A DNA stretch of 34,786 bases from a virus (taxonomy: Duplodnaviria; Caudoviricetes): the IMG/VR virus record IMGVR_UViG_3300048577_000105, positions 1 to 34,786 of that record. The stretch is one strand, 5' to 3'. Shown in pieces: positions 26,033 through 34,786 of the stretch. The translations under genes and the position numbers were made by a program. Below the pieces are notes generated by a model. It saw only the letters and a program-made list of their open reading frames with translations, ran no database searches and was not told the origin of the DNA. Within the stretch, counting starts at the first letter, position 1. Each line of letters begins with the position of its first letter.

Positions 26033-26042
26033 AAAAATAATA

Positions 26043-26945
26043 CTAGTGTGTTGTTGAAGGTTCAAGGACTGCAAAAGCATCCTCTTTTATAACTGCAAAA
26101 GCTACTCTCATAACTGCCTTAATAGCTATCATGTCTTGCTCTGCAAGTGATAGAGGTTTACCGTCTGCCATTAAAACACTTTGTAAAGTTGCCTCTGTTA
26201 AAATCTCATATCTAATATCGTCAAGTACTGAGTAATAAGCATAGTCAAAGTTACCGGCTATTAAGTCAGCTTTGCTTTTGTCAAAGGCTGAAGTTCTAAC
26301 GAACTCAATTTCATTATTATATAGCTCGTTAACTGTGCCGTCTTTTAAGCCACTAAGATAAATAGGATTTCCGGCTGTGTCTCTAAGCTTTCTAAATTGA
26401 TTTTTAAGTCCATGATGTCCTATAAATCCAGTAACATCAAGTCCGGCATCTTCTACAAGTGCCATACAATCGGAAATATCGGAAGCAAAGTCTTGACCGG
26501 CTACTGTACCTCTAACAAATTTATGGCCTGAAGTTACTGCAGCTCCGAAAATACTTCTTGCAAAAGGTGATTGAGTTCCAAATAGTGCAGCTGCATCAAA
26601 GGAAATTGCAAAAGCTTCAGCTATTTTAGATTTAACCTCACTCATTACATCTACAACGGAATCATTCATCCTATCCCTATCTATTGGTACGATAACACCA
26701 AGTTTCTTAGCTACTAAAGAAACTGTAATCCATGTAGCGTTAGAAGTTTGTATTCTCTCTGTGTCACTTATCCAATAAGCACCAGGACCGGATACAGAAA
26801 CCGGAATCCTCTTTGTTTCTGTAGTCATAGGCTCAAGCTTACAAAGCTTCATAACACTAGAACCTCTATAAGTATCTTCGACAACTGTTTTAGCTATGTC
26901 TTCCGGAATAGTCCCGGCTAAATTTTCTCTTAGTATCTCAGCCAT
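26043..26945 (-). CDS. Major capsid protein (HK97 fold)
   Basis: GAYW..E, AKKLGVIVP, FD.AALFG, LRD..G.P, EQDM.A.K..MR.AF motifs. Confidence 0.92.
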   Translation of the reverse strand: MAEILRENLAGTIPEDIAKTVVEDTYRGSSVMKLCKLEPMTTETKRIPVSVSGPGAYWISDTERIQTSNATWITVSLVAKKLGVIVPIDRDRMNDSVVDVMSEVKSKIAEAFAISFDAAALFGTQSPFARSIFGAAVTSGHKFVRGTVAGQDFASDISDCMALVEDAGLDVTGFIGHHGLKNQFRKLRDTAGNPIYLSGLKDGTVNELYNNEIEFVRTSAFDKSKADLIAGNFDYAYYSVLDDIRYEILTEATLQSVLMADGKPLSLAEQDMIAIKAVMRVAFAVIKEDAFAVLEPSTTH

Positions 26946-26973
26946 TTTTGTAACTACCTCCTAAGTGAATTAA

Positions 26974-27564
26974 TTATTTTTTATTCTTCAAGCCTAGTAA
27001 CTGCTCGAATATTCCACCTTTGGTTGTAGTATTTGTATTTGTGTTTGTACTATTCCCCCTTTGTACGTTACCTTTAGACCCTCCAGTACCTTCAGTAACG
27101 GACGTAAAGAGGTACGGTTTAGTTTCAACTAGCTTTTCTATTTGCTCCTTTATTCCTTTAACAGATCCATCTTTCTCTATAGATATAGCCTCTTTATTTA
27201 AAAATGGTAATATGTCGGCTACATCATGAGCCTTGAACTCTTTAGCAAGTGATTTTATTTCATAATCTAACTTAACAGTACTTACATTTGAGTTAGCTTT
27301 ACTAAGCTCTAATTTTAAAGTTTCAATTTCTTTTGAAAGGTTTGAACCCTTTGCAGCTTCTTTTTTTAACTCCTCTAATTGAGAGGTTAAAGTTTCTTTC
27401 TCTGAAGTGGCTGCGTTAATCTGAGTTAATAAGTCGTCAAGTTGTTTCTTTTCAACGTAAGCTGATTGCTCCTTTTGGTCTACTAAAAGCTTTATACCTT
27501 TTTCCTCTGCTATTTTCTCTATGTTACTTGCCATTTCTTCACCGAATAACTCTTTAAAATCCAT
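26974..27564 (-). CDS. Capsid scaffolding protein
   Basis: Coiled coil with G..EQI..L.E.KPYLF motif, directly upstream of capsid. Confidence 0.85.
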   Translation of the reverse strand: MDFKELFGEEMASNIEKIAEEKGIKLLVDQKEQSAYVEKKQLDDLLTQINAATSEKETLTSQLEELKKEAAKGSNLSKEIETLKLELSKANSNVSTVKLDYEIKSLAKEFKAHDVADILPFLNKEAISIEKDGSVKGIKEQIEKLVETKPYLFTSVTEGTGGSKGNVQRGNSTNTNTNTTTKGGIFEQLLGLKNKK

Positions 27565-27620
27565 ATTTATTATCCTCCATTTATCTTTAGTAATAATAAA
27601 AGCGGCTCTAGGTATATATC

Positions 27621-28589
27621 CTAAATTAAGCCGCTTGTATCTAATCTATTTTTATACTGGTCTAGCTTCTCATTAGGCTCGCCTCTAAGCCACTTTAAAA
27701 CCTCGTCTGTAGCCTCGTCCGGGTCTACTGTAACGGTTGTAGGATAGCATAAGCAATTAGGATGTGAAATTGGATATTTATCCGAGGGGAATACTCCACT
27801 ACCTAGCTTATAACTATTTTGATGTGCGTAATCGTCGCATATATCGGTACTCTTACCAAATTTGCTAAGCCTTGCATGATGCTCTGAAGATAAATTCCAT
27901 TTAAGGCCGGTTGTAAACGGATTTTCATTAGCACCCCTTATATAAGCCTCTGTGTGTGCATGAGCGATTGAAGTTCTTGCTAGTCTTGTAGCTTGATAAG
28001 ATATCTTTGAATCAATGCCAGGTACTTTAGTCCTTATTTGCATCCTATTAATAGGATTGATATATCTATCAACTTTCTTAGCTAATTCATTAGGACTTAT
28101 CTGCTCCGCTATACCACTATTTATTATATTTTCTATCGCTTTACCATTCCTCTTTGTTATCTTCCATAGTCTTTCGTCTAATGTTAAGCTATCTTTGTAA
28201 TACCCTCCGGAGACAATGCTTTTTACTGCATCCTTCGGTATAGTAGAAAACATACTTTTAAAACTTTGTATAAGCTTCGGCTCTATGTCCATGTAATCGA
28301 AAAATGACATTTGTTTATATACTGCTAGTTCGGAAGAGGCTTGTATACTCTTTAATATTGCATTTTTAAGTTCCTTTTGAAGTGTTTTAATATAAGCATC
28401 TATATTTTTCTTAAGCTCTACATGATGCCTTTTTTTAAGCTCTGATTTCTCCGTTAAAATTTTGAGGTCTAAATTTTTAGCAGCTGCTTTATATACTTTT
28501 AATATTTCCTTTTCTGCATCTAATGAAAGAGTTAGAAGCTGCTTTCTTGCATCTAGTAAAGCTTTTGTATAGTCTCTTTTAGAACTCAA
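27621..28589 (-). CDS. Minor head protein (SPP1 gp7 / MuF-like)
   Basis: RLART...A, W.LS..H, DICD, P.SHPNCLCY. Confidence 0.85.
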   Translation of the reverse strand: MSSKRDYTKALLDARKQLLTLSLDAEKEILKVYKAAAKNLDLKILTEKSELKKRHHVELKKNIDAYIKTLQKELKNAILKSIQASSELAVYKQMSFFDYMDIEPKLIQSFKSMFSTIPKDAVKSIVSGGYYKDSLTLDERLWKITKRNGKAIENIINSGIAEQISPNELAKKVDRYINPINRMQIRTKVPGIDSKISYQATRLARTSIAHAHTEAYIRGANENPFTTGLKWNLSSEHHARLSKFGKSTDICDDYAHQNSYKLGSGVFPSDKYPISHPNCLCYPTTVTVDPDEATDEVLKWLRGEPNEKLDQYKNRLDTSGLI

Positions 28590-28607
28590 TTAAAACACCT
28601 CCTTTTG

Positions 28608-30134
28608 TTACTCTGTTACCTCTTCATCATCAATAGTTGAATCATTATTACTTATATCAATATTGCTTATTTCGTCCATAGCTCTACCTTTAAAAGAGCC
28701 GTCAAGTATCTCTTGCTCTTCTATAATTCTTGCTAATTCTAATTCCGGATTATCAATGCCAAGGTCTGCCATAGCTGACTTAATAGACTGTACTTTTGCC
28801 GCAACCTTTTCAAGTACCATATTAACTCTTTCAACCTCATTTTCAGGAAGAGGGAAAATCGGTTTTATCTGTACTTGTATATTTCCGTCTATGTAATTCA
28901 TATCTTCACCATATAATTGTTTAGCTGATATTTTATAAGTTTCTAGCATTTTAAAAATACAAATAGTCATAAGCTCTAAGGCCGGAACCCATTCGAGGTT
29001 CTTTCTATTTACTTTTGAAATAGCCTCTCCATAAAGCATCTTTAAAGCTACGCCGGAAGTATTAAGTCCTTTTATTAGGTCCACCGATAATCTAGGTACC
29101 TCTGCTATAGCGTGAAGGTCATTCTTAATTCTTTCAAGTGTATGCTCAAGTCTAGAATCGTAATTATAAGTTGCTTCAACTTTTTTATATTCTGCTTGAT
29201 AATTAGAACTCGGATCACTCACTAAGTCATGTACTGCACCAGGGGCAACTTTTAGGAATCTAATACTATCCGGTGAGGCATCAGTGACGATTGTTTCTGC
29301 AAACATTTGAAACTTTAATGCGTCAATATCATCTGAAGTAAGCTTATTGTAGAGGTCTGCATTATCCCATAGGTCTTTTACTTCACTCTCGCCGTTTACT
29401 TCTCCGGATAAGCCTCCGTTAGTAACAACTATGCTAGGTATGAAATTAAGATTGCTATTATAATCAGTGTATAGAGTTTCAACAATGTTGGCTTTACCAT
29501 TGAAAATACTTTCATTAAGTATGCACTTTCCATTGATAAGCTCCCACCTTTGCACCTTTATTCTCTTTAGATACTTGTTGTCTGAATTAACTAAGGTATT
29601 AAAGTAAATTATTTTAATAAGCTTGTCTGAATCGTCCTCGTCATAAATTGCAATAAATTCTGTAGCCGGTCTGAAAAATATCTTTAATCCGTCAACTCTA
29701 TCAAAATGCAATTTAATTGCAATCCTACCGCCTATATTACAATCTAAAGCCGCTTTATATAACTTAGTGTGAAACTTGTTATCTTTAAAAATCTGCTTTA
29801 GTATTCTTTCTTTTGCATTTGCCCTAAGGTTCTCCGCTTCTTGATCCGAGGATTGAACATAACCTAAAACGCCCATATCTTTATCAACTTGATCCGGTAT
29901 AACATCAAAGTTAGGCATAATAGAAAATTGATAGTCAGTAGTCTTTTTTACAAATTTTTTGATTAAGTTTGTTATCTTCTTTGTTGGTATGTAGTCAAGT
30001 CCGCTCGCTGTATGCCATATTTGATTACCGGAATATTTATTATAGTAATCAGATATTTCTGTTAGGTTCTTTATTACTATATCTGCGTAGGAGCTACTAA
30101 CTCCATTCGCAATTAAAACCTCTTTATCTATCAT
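28608..30134 (-). CDS. Portal protein (SPP1 gp6-like)
   Basis: SGVALKMLY, G.SEV.DL, S..SAM..LG..NPE.EL.RI.EE; start moved to ATG 30134 (GGGGGTG RBS). Confidence 0.88.
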   Translation of the reverse strand: MIDKEVLIANGVSSSYADIVIKNLTEISDYYNKYSGNQIWHTASGLDYIPTKKITNLIKKFVKKTTDYQFSIMPNFDVIPDQVDKDMGVLGYVQSSDQEAENLRANAKERILKQIFKDNKFHTKLYKAALDCNIGGRIAIKLHFDRVDGLKIFFRPATEFIAIYDEDDSDKLIKIIYFNTLVNSDNKYLKRIKVQRWELINGKCILNESIFNGKANIVETLYTDYNSNLNFIPSIVVTNGGLSGEVNGESEVKDLWDNADLYNKLTSDDIDALKFQMFAETIVTDASPDSIRFLKVAPGAVHDLVSDPSSNYQAEYKKVEATYNYDSRLEHTLERIKNDLHAIAEVPRLSVDLIKGLNTSGVALKMLYGEAISKVNRKNLEWVPALELMTICIFKMLETYKISAKQLYGEDMNYIDGNIQVQIKPIFPLPENEVERVNMVLEKVAAKVQSIKSAMADLGIDNPELELARIIEEQEILDGSFKGRAMDEISNIDISNNDSTIDDEEVTE

Positions 30135-30146
30135 ACTTTCACCCCC

Positions 30147-30183
30147 AAAATAAAAATTGCCATGACTTGTAATCATGACAATT
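30147..30183 (-). terminator. Terminator after the HNH gene
   Basis: Minus strand AATTGTCATGAT-TACAA-GTCATGGCAATT-TTTATTTT. Confidence 0.6.
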
Positions 30184-30187
30184 AAAT

Positions 30188-30808
30188 CTATCTATTCTTT
30201 TTTCTTAAATTAGCGGCACATTGTTTAGAACACGTTTTAGTAGTACTATATTTATTAACTTCAAACTTTTTACCGCATATTTCGCATACTCTAGTTATAT
30301 TATCAAGTCCTTGTTTTCTTCTCCATGCCGATTTGCATTTATTGGAGCAAAACTTAATGTTACCTTGAGGCTTTTTATTAAATGTCTTTCCACAATTAGA
30401 GCATATAAACTCTTTTTCAGAGAGATTTTTACTTACCTCAATAGCGTGTTTTCTGTGCCACTCTCGACCTTCCTTACTTTTATGCCACTCTGAAGCTTTA
30501 GGCGTAGCGTTTTCTTTTAAATTGGTTCGCATTTTTTCAAGTAGAACTTCATTATTCTTTATATCTGCACCATGTAGCTCCTGGTGTTTTCCTCTAGGTA
30601 ATAGCTCAAAGTTACTAATGTCATTATTATCTTTATCACCATCTTTATGATGTATCTCATATCCTTTTGGTACTTGACCGTTATTTTTTTCCCATATGTA
30701 AACATGAAGCCTAGGTCTTTTATTACCTACTTTTTTACTAGCTAGATAATAGCCTGTCTTTTTATCTCTTGTAAACTTAATGCCATCAACTATAATTTGA
30801 TAACTCAT
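30188..30808 (-). CDS. HNH endonuclease with two C-terminal zinc-ribbon repeats
   Basis: RLHVYIWE...G.VP.GYEIHHKDGDKDNNDISN..L; C..CGK.F......FCS.KC repeated twice. Confidence 0.9.
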   Translation of the reverse strand: MSYQIIVDGIKFTRDKKTGYYLASKKVGNKRPRLHVYIWEKNNGQVPKGYEIHHKDGDKDNNDISNFELLPRGKHQELHGADIKNNEVLLEKMRTNLKENATPKASEWHKSKEGREWHRKHAIEVSKNLSEKEFICSNCGKTFNKKPQGNIKFCSNKCKSAWRRKQGLDNITRVCEICGKKFEVNKYSTTKTCSKQCAANLRKKNR

Positions 30809-30840
30809 AGATAATCTCCTTTAATATAACTGCATAACTA

Positions 30841-30869
30841 ATTATATCGAGGGTGGTCTACTTTATCAA
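30841..30869 (-). promoter_or_regulatory. sigmaA promoter for the HNH gene
   Basis: TTGATA-aagtagaccaccctcga (17)-TATAAT. Confidence 0.7.
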
Positions 30870-30888
30870 ATACAGTTAATTCCTACTA

Positions 30889-32109
30889 TTATCGTCTTGT
30901 TCTATTATAGAATGATTTTCTGCCACCCTTAATATGACTATCTGTAAAAATAGCATAGCGTAAGGCATCTTGACAATGGTCATTATCTTTTAATGGAGCA
31001 TCTTTACCAATTTCAATAGACTTTGAATCCCAAATATAAGCTCCAAATTCTCTAATAGTATTTTTACAACTAGGGTCAATAGTTAATTTCTCGTCCATAA
31101 GATAAGTTGATACTGTCCTTATGCCATCTAAAACATTGTTTTTAGCGGGCATAACCTTAAGATTATACTGTCTAAGTTGAGCAATAAAAGAAGCCGCTGA
31201 AGGGTCGGCTATTATGTAATCTATTGGTATATCACCTATGAAGCTTACCATGTCATCAGCGTACTCTTTGTCAGTTTTCTGTCTTTGTTCTTCTCTACCA
31301 TTGTAAAAATACTCTTTTATTAGATGATAACCTCCGTTACTTGTCCTACCCCATAGCTCAAAGACTGTAGGGTTTTGTGTTCCATAGTCCACCGATATAA
31401 AGTATCCGCTGAAGTCCTCTTCAACTTGTTTAACATGAATATCCTCCGAGAACATATCGTAAATAGTTCCCTCTGCTAGTACCCAAAGCCCCTCTATAAA
31501 CCTTTGATAGAAAAGACCGCTATACATGGCTTTTAAGTCCGATATATATTGAGGGTCTAAGCCTGGATTGTCATCCATTATAAAATGAAATACTTTGACT
31601 ATATCCTTAAGCTTTGGATTATCAATGTAGCTCTTTTTAATAAAGTGATAAGGTGAATCCGGATTGCAATTCCAAAATAGTTTTGAGCCAGGAACTGAGT
31701 TTCTAGTTACCATCATGGAAGTAAAATTCTCCGGGAAGAGTGTAACCTCGTCCGCTAAGCTTCCCGCTACTGTAAGACCTTGTATTTTGCTTACGGAACT
31801 TTGGTCATTTGCTCCGAAAACAAATATTTTTCTATCCGGAAGATAAATCTCGCCTTTGCTGCGGTTATATCTAAAGTTGCCCTCTCCTAGAAGGTCAAAA
31901 AGTCCTTTTTCAGCGAGTAATACGTTTCTCTCTAATGAACCAATAGTTTTACCCGCCATCATCAAATTACCTTTTGGACCACTCTTTATATAATCCAAAA
32001 ATCGAATACCAAAAATAAAAGTTTTTCCGCTACGTACGGAACCTTCAGCAATGTTTATTCTTGCATCCGAATTTACTAAAAAATCAAACTGCTTTCTACT
32101 CAATTCCAT
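30889..32109 (-). CDS. terL: Terminase large subunit (PBSX family)
   Basis: EGSVRSGKT Walker A, LADEV Walker B, CNPDSP, VDYGTQNP, DPSAAS, DH.QDALRY; start moved to ATG 32109. Confidence 0.95.
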   Translation of the reverse strand: MELSRKQFDFLVNSDARINIAEGSVRSGKTFIFGIRFLDYIKSGPKGNLMMAGKTIGSLERNVLLAEKGLFDLLGEGNFRYNRSKGEIYLPDRKIFVFGANDQSSVSKIQGLTVAGSLADEVTLFPENFTSMMVTRNSVPGSKLFWNCNPDSPYHFIKKSYIDNPKLKDIVKVFHFIMDDNPGLDPQYISDLKAMYSGLFYQRFIEGLWVLAEGTIYDMFSEDIHVKQVEEDFSGYFISVDYGTQNPTVFELWGRTSNGGYHLIKEYFYNGREEQRQKTDKEYADDMVSFIGDIPIDYIIADPSAASFIAQLRQYNLKVMPAKNNVLDGIRTVSTYLMDEKLTIDPSCKNTIREFGAYIWDSKSIEIGKDAPLKDNDHCQDALRYAIFTDSHIKGGRKSFYNRTRR

Positions 32110-32554
32110 TTGTATAGTCCTTTCTAGCCTTATCAATAGCAGCTGAAATACTATTGATTAATTCATTCTCGCCGGTGTTGTTCTGCTCTCTGTTGTTCCA
32201 CTTCTCCGGTGATCTGTTTTTAAGCCAAAAAATTAATGCGGTTACGTTTGGATGAGCTTGCTTTTTAGTTTTCTTTACTCTTGGATTTTTGCCGTCACTA
32301 GATGCAATAACCTCCGTCTCTTCATACTCATAGCCTAGAGCTGATTTAATTAATGCATCCTCTACTTTGTAGTCAAAGTACTGTTTGTTTTTTCTAAGAG
32401 CTTCGGCGAACTCCGGATATTTATTCTTCCAGTTGTAGAATGTAGAGCTTGCTATACCTAAAGAATTATATATTTGTTCATCTGTATAGCCGTCTCTTGC
32501 CATGTAAGTAACCTTGTCTAAAAATTCCTGGTCAAATTTTGTGTTTCTTCCCAT
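32096..32554 (-). CDS. terS: Terminase small subunit
   Basis: G.TDEQI...LGI..STFY.WK HTH, VEDAL.K.ALGY.Y.E, P.VTA.IFWLKNR.PE.W. Confidence 0.9.
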   Translation of the reverse strand: MGRNTKFDQEFLDKVTYMARDGYTDEQIYNSLGIASSTFYNWKNKYPEFAEALRKNKQYFDYKVEDALIKSALGYEYEETEVIASSDGKNPRVKKTKKQAHPNVTALIFWLKNRSPEKWNNREQNNTGENELINSISAAIDKARKDYTNGIE

Positions 32555-32626
32555 AGTAAACCTCCTTTTTGGTGTCCTATGGGCAACAAAAAAAGGCAGC
32601 TAATAAGCTACCTTTTAAAATCTTTG

Positions 32627-32707
32627 CTATTTCACAAAGACATTTTTACCCATAGGCTTTTTAGTATGGCGTATCGGTGTACGCCATAGTTTTTTTATTA
32701 TTCTCAT
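32627..32707 (-). CDS. Possible 26-aa basic leader peptide in the late leader
   Basis: GGAGG RBS, then MRIIKKLWRTPIRHTKKPMGKNVFVK*; contains inverted repeat TATGGCGTA-N6-TACGCCATA. Confidence 0.4.
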   Translation of the reverse strand: MRIIKKLWRTPIRHTKKPMGKNVFVK

Positions 32708-32891
32708 AATATAGACCTCCGTAAAATATGCCTTTATATTAACCACATAGCCTCTCTATGCGTTTTAAGTCTGTCCGAGGTAAACGCCTTTCCCATACCA
32801 AAAACCGTTGTAAGGGGCAAAAAAAAAGAAAAGCCACCAGTGAGGTGACTTCTCTTTAAAGGGAAGGAATAAGGAATTATGTCATAATACT

Positions 32892-32961
32892 ATTATATAA
32901 TACAATATTCAAAACTTTAGGCTCAGAAACGGTAGTAAATCGGAAGTGATGTGGCAGCACT
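32892..32961 (-). promoter_or_regulatory. Late promoter with four phased repeats (candidate ArpU binding sites)
   Basis: Minus-strand units AGTGCTGCCAC, ATCACTTCCGA, TTTACTACCGT, TTCTGAGCCTA place CC every 11 bp, upstream of TATAAT (32892-32897) with no good -35. Confidence 0.55.
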
Positions 32962-33406
32962 AAGCTGTTTGCTGTTCTCTGACAATGTCAACAGCGAATA
33001 CCGATAGGCATAGCTTTCTTACCGCATCATCCTTTATCTTTCTGCACCAACGTTCGTTATATTGCACCTTATAAGCTATATCAAACCATCTAAGACCATC
33101 AACATACTTAGAGATAACAATATCTCTTTCAACATCATTTAAACCGCCTAGAGCATTTTCTATAATTAGTATTTTAGTCTCCAATAACTCTATTTTTTCT
33201 CTAAGAGTTACTAAGTCTAAAGCAAATATTTCAGTTTCAGAAGTTACTTTATTTGTTTTTCCGGATTTCTCTCCGAATGGGTCACTATTCTTGTCCATAC
33301 CATACTTGACTTTGTTATCGTATAGCAATTTAAGGTTCTCTATGCTAACTTTCAAAGTCTTATAATTGAATAGCATTTTCTCAACTGCTCTGATATAGTT
33401 TTGCAT
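32960..33406 (-). CDS. ArpU/RinA family late-gene transcriptional activator
   Basis: VEKML.NY..L, G......SETE, IENAL..L...ER.IV..KY.....W..IA....Y.ER.C.KIK..A..KL; directly upstream of terS. Confidence 0.88.
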   Translation of the reverse strand: MQNYIRAVEKMLFNYKTLKVSIENLKLLYDNKVKYGMDKNSDPFGEKSGKTNKVTSETEIFALDLVTLREKIELLETKILIIENALGGLNDVERDIVISKYVDGLRWFDIAYKVQYNERWCRKIKDDAVRKLCLSVFAVDIVREQQTA

Positions 33407-33461
33407 AAATATGCCTCCTTGCTTGAGAATAGCTTCAAGTTATTTGATTGCTACAAGAGCA

Positions 33462-33480
33462 ATTATAGCACATATGTTCG
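33462..33480 (-). promoter_or_regulatory. Extended -10 promoter overlapped by a LexA/SOS-like box
   Basis: Minus strand CGAACATATGTGCTATAAT: GAAC-N4-GTGC (one mismatch to GAAC-N4-GTTC) abutting TGnTATAAT. Confidence 0.65.
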
Positions 33481-33912
33481 TATTTAATAGTGGGAAGTAG
33501 AGGGACATTAGATATAAAAGAATATATAAAGATATGATTAAACAAGCCATGTAATTAGTGGGATTTGTTTGGTTTTATTTTTTATAATGAAATTGCTGAA
33601 ATCAAAGAAAATCAATTATTCTGCTTGTCCTACATTGTACGATATAAGTGGAAATATAATTGTTATATGAACCATAACTTACATAATAAATTATCTTTTA
33701 ATCAGGGGAGTAGCTTCTGTAGATACAATAGAAGGGCAGATGGAAATTTATTAGTGGTTGTGTAATTATAGGAGCCTATTTTTCTATAAAAAACCACCAG
33801 CTTTTAAATGCTAGTGGCTTATAGGTTAGCGAGTTGCCAGAAATCTACATAAATTATAATTCTCTCGCTGTTGGAATTAATACTTTGATATTTGTGTTGA
33901 ATTAAATTTATG

Positions 33913-34776
33913 TTAATCAACTACAAGTGTTATTTTGTGGTACGAAGTATCTAAATCCCCTTTCATATTGGCTGAGAGTTTATCCCATGGAGTTGTTGCT
34001 ATATATGCCTGAAGTTCATAAGAACCCTTTTGTTTTGGAGCAACCACATTTATATTGCTACTAATTATTTCATTTTGCTTTATGCCTAAAAAAATATAAT
34101 TTTGGTCATTAATTTTGTATTGATTCTGATTTAGAGTAGCCCAAACTAGGTATTGGCTAGTATTGGGATATCCTCCGGCTACTATTGGTATTGATATAGT
34201 TTCTCCAGGCTTAGCTTTGGTTACCAACCCTTGAGAACTTATTTTATTATCTACTATACTAGAGTTTAATGCTATTCCAACAAATTTATTATCATTAGAA
34301 TAACTATTCAAATAAGTAATATTTTTAGGAGTCAGCAAATTCTCATTATTAACGATTAAGTTATAGCGTGATATCATTTCAATTGAATGTCCATTATTCC
34401 CATTATCCTGATAAAGAATAAAGTTTAATATATGTAATCCTTCAGTATTAGTCATATTATTCTTAAATTTTATAGGGATATCTTTAGAGTCTTTAGCTTT
34501 TATATCAATTGGATACTGCTTTATGTTCATAAATGGAGCTGTTGTATCAAATTCTATTTGATTGTAGTCTAAATATGCAGTTAAAACTAATTTTATATCT
34601 GACTTACTATCATTAGCTAGTTTTAGTGTATAATCAAATTCTTCTCCCTTTTTTAGATTCAAATCAAACTGATTTTTTACTTGCTCATTCCCTTTATAAA
34701 CTATTAATCCTACACCTTCTGGTAAAACTTGCTGTACTACTGCTAAATCTGATTTTTTAGTATTACTATTAGTCAT
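33913..34776 (-). CDS. Hypothetical beta-rich protein, probably exported and truncated at the window edge
   Basis: Frame stays open to the window end; two similar beta-sandwich-like halves; hairpin at about 33791-33820 downstream. Confidence 0.65.
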   Translation of the reverse strand: MTNSNTKKSDLAVVQQVLPEGVGLIVYKGNEQVKNQFDLNLKKGEEFDYTLKLANDSKSDIKLVLTAYLDYNQIEFDTTAPFMNIKQYPIDIKAKDSKDIPIKFKNNMTNTEGLHILNFILYQDNGNNGHSIEMISRYNLIVNNENLLTPKNITYLNSYSNDNKFVGIALNSSIVDNKISSQGLVTKAKPGETISIPIVAGGYPNTSQYLVWATLNQNQYKINDQNYIFLGIKQNEIISSNINVVAPKQKGSYELQAYIATTPWDKLSANMKGDLDTSYHKITLVVD

Positions 34777-34786
34777 CCTATTATAA

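Noticed and set aside
27621-28589. MuF polymorphic toxin
   Set aside because: The protein ends shortly after the HPNC motif, with no toxin extension and no immunity gene
30188-30888. Group I intron carrying the HNH gene
   Set aside because: terL and portal each look complete, and the flanks are too short for an intron core
14390-33406. Genome-wide TGA recoding (alternative genetic code)
   Set aside because: Long structural genes are intact in code 11, and other TGA stops behave as real stops (TGATAA at 24744, ATGA overlap at 25731, TGATG at 12201); only the endolysin shows an internal TGA
33565-33765. 66-aa plus-strand ORF
   Set aside because: TTG start without a convincing RBS and no recognisable motif; at most a gene remnant

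Overview
AT-rich window from a Clostridium-like host holding most of a temperate siphophage that appears to replicate as a plasmid (phage-plasmid). No integrase or CI/Cro pair is visible in the window. On the minus strand, right to left: an ArpU/RinA-type late activator with a LexA-like box on its promoter, terS, terL, an HNH cassette, portal, MuF-like minor head protein, scaffold, major capsid, head-tail genes, major tail protein, tail chaperones (predicted +1 frameshift), tape measure, Dit, a tail spike/fibre with pentapeptide-like repeats, and a holin-amidase-holin lysis cassette. The amidase is separated from its two SPOR repeats by a single in-frame TGA. The left half is a plasmid-style maintenance and accessory region. 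It has a sigmaG-type SASP gene, a wHTH replication initiator whose CDS carries four DnaA boxes, five iterons and an AT-rich tract, and a predicted antisense-RNA attenuator upstream of it. It also has ParA plus a small partner with 8-bp repeat arrays that recur inside the head operon, radical SAM and gamma-glutamylcyclotransferase genes, and three copies of one promoter driving small uncharacterised proteins. At the far left, an HTH-TPR (RRNPP) receptor is followed by an unannotated 46-aa secreted pro-peptide, a candidate arbitrium-like communication system. Family calls come from motif recognition by eye, not database searches.
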